IMG/VR virus record: IMGVR_UViG_3300017784_005596
Coordinates: 1-45,646 of that record
Reading direction: 5' to 3' (one strand)
Source of the DNA: a virus
Lineage: Duplodnaviria; Caudoviricetes
Length of the DNA: 45,646 nucleotides
Shown: piece by piece, positions 40,101 through 45,646 of the stretch
Numbering within the stretch: position 1 is the first letter of the stretch
Layout: each line of letters opens with the position of its first letter
The notes under the pieces: generated by a model
What the model was told of the DNA's origin: nothing
Database searches by the model: none
The model's input: only the letters and a program-made list of their open reading frames with translations
Made by a program: the position numbers and the translations under genes

Positions 40101-42234
40101 TAACTTTATTAGTTTCATTATTTAATATTTTATTAACTATAACATTCAACACAGATGGATGGTCAACAACTATTTTCCAATTTATAGTACCTGTACGGGT
40201 AGTACTCTTATATGTGTAAATAGGTTCCGGTCTACCAAGGAATTCAGTTGGATTCCAATTTGGGGTTGTTTGTTCACTAAACGTTAATCCATAAGGTGGA
40301 AACCACATAACTCTACCTCCATTAGGTCCTCTTTCACATACTGGTAAATCAGCAACTGAATATCCCGGAGTACTTGAAGTTCTCCAAGCCAAGTTCTCCA
40401 ATGAAAACATATATTTTTTGGCATATCCATTATTCATACCACCAATAAGGTTAGTTGAATCTTGTCCTCCTTCTTGTTTGTTTGGTGCGATGTTTAAGTT
40501 ATAGGTATTATCAAACACAGAATCAGAAAATCTTCTACCTGATGTTGTTATACCATCTACTTTTTGTAAATCATTGTATTGTAGGTATGGTAAATCTTTA
40601 GCAAAAATACGACAATACTCTGTTCCAACTTCTTGTCCCACGGCTCCAACATATCGATATACTCTTGAACCTTTAGTAATTTCTTTATATCCATCATGAA
40701 AAACTTTACTAACTTGGTCAATCGCATTCCCTACGTGTTGTAATCTTCGACCTCCTTGAGGTTGGCTATTAATAATTCTCTGAGTATCATCTAAGATAGA
40801 ACCTCCTTTAAAAGTCCTGTTTGTCGATTCAGTTGTGTTATACGATGAAGGTTTAAAGTCTTCATCCTCATTTGTAACAACACCACCTAAACCAACTTTC
40901 TTACCGGCATTATCTTTATATTTTGGAGATGTCCAAGTAAATCCTCCTTCAATACCACCACCATTAGAATAGGTAGGACCATTAGCCCCTAATCTTACAT
41001 CTTGACTTGGTCCCTCATATAATTGAGCTAACTCTTGAGGTCCATATACTGGTGATTGTTGTTCTTTACCAAATTGGTCAACAGGTAAATCACCACCAGG
41101 TGAAAATATTCTTGACGGGTCAGAATTTCTTGAACCAACATAAAAATTACTGTTATCCGATAATGTCCCGGTTAATGCCCCGGCAACTCTATCGAACACA
41201 CCTCTTTCAAAATTTGGTTTGTATTTGTTGTAATCAATATTTTTAAACAAACGTGATTTTTGACCTGCGCCTGTATTATTATAAAAAATTTGTGACCCGG
41301 TTTGACCCGCACCTAGTAATTGATTAAAAAAGTTCCCAATAGTTGTTCCCGCAATTGCGTTTGTAACTTGTTGAATTGTGGTAGGTTGACCAGGATTAAT
41401 CATCGGGTCAAAATACGACCCCGGAATTAAACTTATAGGTAAAATACTACCTCCTAATCGAAGTGCAAAATCTGCGGCGGCGGTTATTGGATTTGATGGA
41501 ACGGTTATTTGCCAATTTGGTTCTAATATAGGCACCGAACCTGATAGTATATTAATTAAGTCAGTACCGCTAGTTACATTTAAAATGTTGGCTTGTCCTA
41601 TTGTTTCTAACCTTATTCGAGCAGCAATTCTTTCTTGGAATTCATTTCTAAGTGTTTGAGCACCTAAACGAGCAATATACGAATCTTGACTTAAATTACC
41701 GTTACTACCGGTTGGATTTGTTGATAATAAAATTGATAGTGGGGAATACGATGATGAAACAATTGGTCCCGGATATGGTTGTCCATTACCTTGTCTATCT
41801 TGGTCAGGTCTAACTGTTTCTAAACTTGAAAATGATTCTGCTGAGTCAAACACATTTAACCCATCAGCATAAGCATTTAATGGTCTCCATAACCTTACCG
41901 CGTCATAACCCTCATCGACAATATGAGCATCTTGTTGACCCGGTCCATATTCACCTTGATTTGAAATTGTATTAGTCAATCCATTTGGGTCAGGAACTTG
42001 TAGATATCCTCCCTCATTGCCATATCTATTTAAAGGATATAATTGATTTGCTAATGATGGGTTGTCAATAAGTTGGTCAGGACTATCAATTACAGATAAA
42101 TCCGATGAAATATATTCATACGGAACTTGAACAGAAGGCCTGCTTGGAGATTTAGCATAAGGAACTAAATTTCTCGTTATTAATTTCTTTCTGAAACCAT
42201 CTGAATTTATGAAATCTAATGGACTATTTGACAT
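37180..42234 (-). CDS. Tail-tube initiator-like baseplate protein (gp48/gp54-type) with inserted OmpA-like domain (1684 aa)
   Basis: FPPYGLTFSE...WNPTEFLGRPEPIYTY...RTGTINW and APPVLVLRIGDFY...PMIANITFGF are tube-fold halves. TIDASCSAPATQSYNVELAKRR is OmpA_C-like. Lies between the tape measure and LysM genes. Confidence 0.7.
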   Translation of the reverse strand: MSNSPLDFINSDGFRKKLITRNLVPYAKSPSRPSVQVPYEYISSDLSVIDSPDQLIDNPSLANQLYPLNRYGNEGGYLQVPDPNGLTNTISNQGEYGPGQQDAHIVDEGYDAVRLWRPLNAYADGLNVFDSAESFSSLETVRPDQDRQGNGQPYPGPIVSSSYSPLSILLSTNPTGSNGNLSQDSYIARLGAQTLRNEFQERIAARIRLETIGQANILNVTSGTDLINILSGSVPILEPNWQITVPSNPITAAADFALRLGGSILPISLIPGSYFDPMINPGQPTTIQQVTNAIAGTTIGNFFNQLLGAGQTGSQIFYNNTGAGQKSRLFKNIDYNKYKPNFERGVFDRVAGALTGTLSDNSNFYVGSRNSDPSRIFSPGGDLPVDQFGKEQQSPVYGPQELAQLYEGPSQDVRLGANGPTYSNGGGIEGGFTWTSPKYKDNAGKKVGLGGVVTNEDEDFKPSSYNTTESTNRTFKGGSILDDTQRIINSQPQGGRRLQHVGNAIDQVSKVFHDGYKEITKGSRVYRYVGAVGQEVGTEYCRIFAKDLPYLQYNDLQKVDGITTSGRRFSDSVFDNTYNLNIAPNKQEGGQDSTNLIGGMNNGYAKKYMFSLENLAWRTSSTPGYSVADLPVCERGPNGGRVMWFPPYGLTFSEQTTPNWNPTEFLGRPEPIYTYKSTTRTGTINWKIVVDHPSVLNVIVNKILNNETNKVRVDSILESFFAGCRKYDLYELAKKYYTVNPNDLYLLQEAISSKETTKEQTEFIKKTVQTGVNSPTGADVNVSQEGGGGNTNVDFKKYEQLGFYFGNDFPKKNEAIPNYTTEFTRYTSATNRQYYNTRPNAEKTNVFFESVVIPNYNLAKEFVNDLAKQLTQYKDSDGTITVTIDASCSAPATQSYNVELAKRRIASIIKFFEESDVLKPFLSKQKLLLKATTVYGENAQVLQFDAVTKAYKIGTNVNCSDKDTGAVGGDTQVGANDITTTNAMACRRGYVKTVVPTIKQPTTTQPAQYTTIVEENKVLKTVKENVITQEYKPRDNITKRVLRALLSECDYFETIKAETPMVYDNLRDKLKFFQPAFHSTTPEGLNSRLTFLQQCMRPGDTIPTIKDIAGKQQLQYNNATNTSFGAPPVLVLRIGDFYNTKIIPTSLGIQYESLDINPEGIGIQPMIANITFGFNFVGGSGLKESIDKLQNALTFNYYANTEIWDDRADVTAQEDFLKVLDKEFLAMTAPPQAPAVNQAAVENGQNNNSTIGVTLTNVLTGTSETGTISYSDFMVKFVNETQTYFQTVVNKTKESVNQYNNAVRQQWMLERSYTQGNFNVTPPECVLFGKPSNVEKRFDTIFGELESNIQSGNEGFITFMSSAICNFSPKVIRQLKENYKNLVKNKRASFQNAITKITQDISNTEQTYIQTIGRANILIFDGTTSYNSGTDGYQAKSGPVKVYVTSGTSDVNASSTGASNTLVELTDDIRKICEGIKEFNLLIWSETEFVNPLDSLTYNGVLVFETDPKGKSLDTTVTVENVFRPFSKNTLFDNNIFRRVYMVVSDDVVDDKKYETFKTAMIGNIINNAGLLSGGFDDVEAKFDNYWITQTKPLFVSENNITKAFIDDVEKNKLKNYLKYTPFDKKKREFTYTTETDGTDDKKKSQKTMISSLADTTNRNTDNNKWNSEDGVSAGAYISKVKLN

Positions 42235-42248
42235 TTACGATTTTTTAT

Positions 42249-42256
42249 TATAAATA
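42249..42256 (-). promoter_or_regulatory. Putative late-promoter motif TATTTATA
   Basis: 15 nt upstream of ATG 42234. Confidence 0.6.
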
Positions 42257-42261
42257 GATTA

Positions 42262-44091
42262 TTAATAAGTATTTGATTCAGGTGATTTTGATTTATCATC
42301 AGGCATTAACCTAAAAATATAATCCTTGAATCTTGATTCATTAAAGGTAGTGGTTAAAATTTGTTTTAGTTGTTCTGTTGAAACACCATTGGGGGCTTTA
42401 ATATCAACTTCAATTTTACCACCAACATCAACAGTTCCTTTAGTTGTTTGAGTTGTTACAGTACTTTGTCCATTCTGTAATGTTGCTGCCCTATTTCCTC
42501 CTGATGGAGTTATTGGTGACGACGATGTTGATACATTACCTCCATAAGATTCAACAGCTTTATTAACATTACCTTTTATCATTCTTTCTCCCGCAGTGTT
42601 GTTTGTTAATCCCGCCGCAATTTTTTCACCCACTTCTTTTAATACTTCAGTAAATCTTTTTTGAGAAGCTTCTAAAACGCCACCAAGACCACTTATTCCA
42701 TTTTCAAACGCACTAGTAAGAGGTTTGTTACCATCTTTTAAATTCATGGCAACATTACCTAACTCTTTTAGTACTCCTTCACTTAAATCCCTAAAATCTT
42801 TAGCTTTAAATGCATCTGATGTCTCACCAAGAGTGGTTTTAATAACTCTTTGTGATGCAGCAATACCTTTTGTAATTTGTTTTGGACTTGTTATTCCTTG
42901 AGATATGGCTGCGTTTATCGATTTAACATTTGCCAAAATATCTTCATCAAGACCTAATTGTAATTTAGTCATTTGTTCAAGAGTTTTAGGCCCGGTCTTT
43001 TGTTCCTCAATAAGTTTATTCATTTCTTGTTGAGTAATTTCCCCTAAGTCTTTATAAACTTTTTCACCTTTTTCATCCGTAACCTCAACTTGATACTTAC
43101 CATCCTTCATTGTCGCAATATTATTAAGATATTGTTTGTCTTCTTCATTTTCAAAAACTAACGATGGGTTAATAGATGAAAGTCTTTCGTCTAATTCAGC
43201 CGCGGCTAATGCAGATTTTGATAAATTTTCAAAACTTGTATTAGTTGCTTTAGCAAGTTCTCTTAAGGTTAATACACCTTGAGGGTTAATTTTGAACGTT
43301 TTTGTTTTTTCGTCGTACTCCGTAAATTGTTTTGTTGCTTTAATTAAACTATCTTGTAATCCCGCTGGGTCAGTAAGTGACTGATTCATCAATTGGAATG
43401 GGTCAGCTAAATTACCCATTGAAACACCTAATCTTTGGATTGCTGCCGCAGTTTCAACTGCTCCTTCAGGGTCTAAAACTTTTTCAGCAAACTGAAAAGT
43501 TTCTTTCATATCAAACCTTAACATTGACGCTTGAGCAGCCATTTTTGTTAACCCTTTAACCCCACCTTCAAATTGAAACCTATTCATTTGTGACATATTG
43601 TCGGTCACATCTTTCATAACCGTCTTTGTGTTTCCACCAATACTTTGGATATAATTAATCGAATCTTCTAATTGTGGTCCAATTTGTCCAATACCAACAC
43701 CAACATCTAAAAAAGAATTACTTAAACTTTCAGCACTACCCCCAATCAATTCAGTTGCAGCAAAAAGTTTTTCTACATCTTCGGTATTTGCAATAACATT
43801 ACGTCTTGACGCCTCTGCAATACCAATCATTGTTTTTTGGACATCTTTTATATCTCCACCTAAACGAGCAACTCTTGGAGCAGCATCGGAAACCGCCCTA
43901 TACGTTTCAGTGAGTCTTTCTTGTCCTTGTCCAAAAGCTTTATTGAGCTCGACTTGGGCTTTATAAGTGTCCTCAATTGTTTTTGCTAACGTTTCAAAAT
44001 TTATTTTAAAAGCTTCAGCTAATTGTTTACTATAACTTAATGAGCTTTTACCTGCGTCTTCTATTTTTTTTTCTTCGTCTCCTGCTGCCAT
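42262..44091 (-). CDS. Tail tape measure protein (609 aa)
   Basis: Ala/Lys/Glu/Gln-rich helical composition, no Cys or Trp; canonical position after tube and chaperone. Confidence 0.75.
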   Translation of the reverse strand: MAAGDEEKKIEDAGKSSLSYSKQLAEAFKINFETLAKTIEDTYKAQVELNKAFGQGQERLTETYRAVSDAAPRVARLGGDIKDVQKTMIGIAEASRRNVIANTEDVEKLFAATELIGGSAESLSNSFLDVGVGIGQIGPQLEDSINYIQSIGGNTKTVMKDVTDNMSQMNRFQFEGGVKGLTKMAAQASMLRFDMKETFQFAEKVLDPEGAVETAAAIQRLGVSMGNLADPFQLMNQSLTDPAGLQDSLIKATKQFTEYDEKTKTFKINPQGVLTLRELAKATNTSFENLSKSALAAAELDERLSSINPSLVFENEEDKQYLNNIATMKDGKYQVEVTDEKGEKVYKDLGEITQQEMNKLIEEQKTGPKTLEQMTKLQLGLDEDILANVKSINAAISQGITSPKQITKGIAASQRVIKTTLGETSDAFKAKDFRDLSEGVLKELGNVAMNLKDGNKPLTSAFENGISGLGGVLEASQKRFTEVLKEVGEKIAAGLTNNTAGERMIKGNVNKAVESYGGNVSTSSSPITPSGGNRAATLQNGQSTVTTQTTKGTVDVGGKIEVDIKAPNGVSTEQLKQILTTTFNESRFKDYIFRLMPDDKSKSPESNTY

Positions 44092-44110
44092 AATTTGAAT
44101 GGTGTTTTAA

Positions 44111-44118
44111 TATAAATA
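44111..44118 (-). promoter_or_regulatory. Putative late-promoter motif TATTTATA
   Basis: 20 nt upstream of ATG 44091, abutting the upstream hairpin. Confidence 0.55.
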
Positions 44119-44144
44119 CAAAAGGACTGAGTTTTCAGTCCTTT
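44118..44144 (-). terminator. Hairpin/terminator overlapping the stop of the 59-aa ORF
   Basis: Minus strand AAAGGACTGA-AAAC-TCAGTCCTTT followed by TGTATTT. Confidence 0.7.
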
Positions 44145-44314
44145 GTGTTATCTTCAATCCACTTATCTAACAAATATTTTCTAACAAATAGTGGCATTGT
44201 TTGAAAATCTTGATAAGTTATGTTCATTAATTTGTTCAAATAGTAGAATTCATCTATCTGTCCTTTTCTATAATCAGAAGAAAGGACGAAAAAACTCAAC
44301 CCCAAATCCGACAT
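44135..44314 (-). CDS. Small chaperone-extension ORF (gp51-/gpT-like, 59 aa; not in the ORF track)
   Basis: MSDLGLSFFVLSSDYRKGQIDEFYYLNKLMNITYQDFQTMPLFVRKYLLDKWIEDNTKD*, in the +1 frame overlapping the 3' end of the gp26-like gene and filling the gap to the tape measure gene. Carries an MP-x3-R motif like tail-chaperone extensions. Confidence 0.7.
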   Translation of the reverse strand: MSDLGLSFFVLSSDYRKGQIDEFYYLNKLMNITYQDFQTMPLFVRKYLLDKWIEDNTKD

Positions 44315-45017
44315 TAACTGTCATCTTTTCTCCTGATGGGGTGATTACAACTCGACTCATGTCTAATCTTGGTTCATTATCATTCATAAATTTTTTTATG
44401 AATTTTGAATCCAAAATCGGCATTTGTTCGATAAACTTAGCTATTTCTGATTTATCAGCACTTCCATTTACCTCTATAATTTCTTTTTGTAATCTCCAAG
44501 TTACTTTTGGAACAACTCTTCCTTGAGGATATGAGTCTTCTAACTTGCTTATTTCTAAAATCTCACCATAAGTTATAGGTTTTAATTTTATTGTAGCTTG
44601 TGATTTAGGTAATTGAGTAATAAAAGTACCATCTTCATTAGGTGTTTGTCCATTAATAACATTTAACTCATCTAAATAAACTGTTGTTTGAAATGGTTTT
44701 TTTGTTAATTGGTCAATTAAATTTAAATTAATCTCAGGTCCAAAACCTGTATTTCTTAAGAATATTAAAATTGCTTCAACATCTCCTTCTAACATATCTT
44801 CAATCCTAAGGTCTGGTTCGTAGATTTTACCTCTTAATAGTGTTGAGGTCATATCATTCCCACCCGCCATTAAAATATTTTCGTCATTAGCTGTTAGATA
44901 ACCTACCTTGATAGATTTCTTTTTATTTTTGTAAAACACTCCTCCCGATGGTAGTGGTACTACATCATGTGGTAACGTAAAGTTTTGTTGTCCGTATTCT
45001 ATTGCTTGATTTTCCAT
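44274..45017 (-). CDS. Tail/baseplate hub assembly chaperone, T4 gp26-like (247 aa)
   Basis: VPLPSGGVFY...YLTANDENIL...DMLEGDVEAILIFLRNTGFG...LPKS; C-terminal EFFRPFF; located between tube and tape measure genes. Confidence 0.8.
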   Translation of the reverse strand: MENQAIEYGQQNFTLPHDVVPLPSGGVFYKNKKKSIKVGYLTANDENILMAGGNDMTSTLLRGKIYEPDLRIEDMLEGDVEAILIFLRNTGFGPEINLNLIDQLTKKPFQTTVYLDELNVINGQTPNEDGTFITQLPKSQATIKLKPITYGEILEISKLEDSYPQGRVVPKVTWRLQKEIIEVNGSADKSEIAKFIEQMPILDSKFIKKFMNDNEPRLDMSRVVITPSGEKMTVNVGFGVEFFRPFF

Positions 45018-45019
45018 AT

Positions 45020-45055
45020 AAAAAAATAACCGTAAAGTTTATGTCTTTACGGTTA
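45020..45055 (-). terminator. Intrinsic terminator after the tail tube gene, ending 2 nt before the chaperone ATG
   Basis: Minus strand TAACCGTAAAG-ACATAAA-CTTTACGGTTA-TTTTTTT-AT-ATG. Confidence 0.8.
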
Positions 45056-45083
45056 AATATAATTAGTATTGATTTTTTATCAA
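45054..45083 (-). promoter_or_regulatory. Possible promoter (TTG-N19-TATATTTA) at the 5' arm of the terminator
   Basis: Spacing matches the Bacteroidota-type promoter upstream of SSB. It also contains TATTTA, so the promoter class is ambiguous. Confidence 0.35.
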
Positions 45084-45111
45084 CACATATGTTTTTATTT
45101 TTTTTAAAAAA

Positions 45112-45600
45112 TTAATAAACTAATACACAACGGTCCATTCTTAATGATACACTAATGTCAGCAAGACCATCAGTACTGTACCCTAACGAACCAAAATCAA
45201 CACTAGTTAAGAATGTACCATAGAGAATCCATTTTTCTACCACAACTCCTGTTGGGTCTAACATCTCAAGGTCAATATCTTTTTTATAACCCGCAGCATA
45301 ACCCATACGACCTGTAACAGATTCAGCGTGTAAACGAACCCATTCCATAAGAGCTTGTGCCGCAGATGGTCCAATTGGGTCTCTAAATTTAACAGGTATT
45401 TCATCCCAATTAAATCTACCCGCAACATAGGTAGATGTATTTAAAAATTGTATTTCAGTAGAAGCAATTTTAATTTTAGGTCTTGCAGTACTTTCTACAA
45501 ACCATTCGTTAATCCCTAAGCTTGATGGAAACCTTAGTATGAATCGATTCTGTCTTTTCGGTTCGTAAGGAATCGGCATTTTCATCAATAAATCAGCCAT
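45112..45600 (-). CDS. Tail tube protein, T4 gp19-like (162 aa)
   Basis: EPKRQNRF, YVAGRFNW, DPI..S..QALMEW, YKKDIDLEMLDPTGVVVEKWILYG. Confidence 0.9.
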   Translation of the reverse strand: MADLLMKMPIPYEPKRQNRFILRFPSSLGINEWFVESTARPKIKIASTEIQFLNTSTYVAGRFNWDEIPVKFRDPIGPSAAQALMEWVRLHAESVTGRMGYAAGYKKDIDLEMLDPTGVVVEKWILYGTFLTSVDFGSLGYSTDGLADISVSLRMDRCVLVY

Positions 45601-45634
45601 ATTATTTTAAATTAGTTTTTCTTTGTTTATTATC

Positions 45635-45641
45635 ATAAATA
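45635..45641 (-). promoter_or_regulatory. Putative late-promoter motif TATTTAT
   Basis: About 35 nt upstream of the tail tube ATG. Confidence 0.5.
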
Positions 45642-45646
45642 TATCC

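Noticed and set aside
3189-44526. Other short track ORFs nested in or antisense to long genes (e.g. 3189..3371, 14462..16396 set, 17121..17333, 22011..22653, 28515..28784, 44191..44526)
   Set aside because: Overlap well-supported genes almost entirely, have no recognisable motifs, and are expected by chance.
1710-45600. Stop-codon reassignment (no gene ends in TAG)
   Set aside because: Genes are full-length under the standard code with no in-frame TAG/TGA interruptions. TAA dominance is explained by AT-richness.
17152-45600. Bacterial contractile injection system, tailocin or T6SS rather than phage
   Set aside because: Interleaved phage-type gp32-like SSB, RecA-like, helicase and RNR genes, with no host housekeeping context. 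Head genes are probably outside the window.
1-45646. tRNA, rRNA or long ncRNA genes
   Set aside because: Intergenic gaps are about 100 bp or less, largely filled by terminators and promoter motifs, and no cloverleaf was seen.

Overview
AT-rich segment of a large contractile-tailed (myovirus-like, distantly T4-related) phage genome. All credible genes are on the minus strand and use the standard genetic code. In transcription order (right to left): tail tube; gp26-like tail/baseplate assembly chaperone overlapped by an unlisted 59-aa ORF, a candidate +1/-2 programmed frameshift; tape measure; 1684-aa tube-initiator-like protein with an inserted OmpA-like domain; LysM/gp53-like protein; 2568-aa giant baseplate hub with lysozyme-like and IPT domains; a two-gene late unit; a replication/nucleotide cassette (gp32-like SSB, RecA-like, 5'-3' exonuclease, DnaB-like helicase, class Ia RNR nrdB-nrdA) with its own promoter and terminators; gp25- and gp6-like wedge proteins; and a distal module of large Ser/Thr/Cys-rich proteins (hydrophobic-segment 1791-aa protein, PKD protein, gpI/gp7-like wedge, SprB-repeat protein). 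The window ends in an unlisted mucin-like Thr/Pro-repeat ORF (1..1621) that runs off the edge. SprB repeats, TTTG..TAnnTTTa promoters, lack of Shine-Dalgarno sites and the RNR type suggest a Bacteroidota host (inference). A sense-strand TATTTAT(A) motif precedes most structural transcription units. The most promising novelty is a modular baseplate adhesin system: a C-terminal domain shared by the wedge and SprB proteins, a recurring [ST]-[GA]-x-T motif, and a mucin-like protein. All family calls come from motif recognition by eye; no database searches were run.
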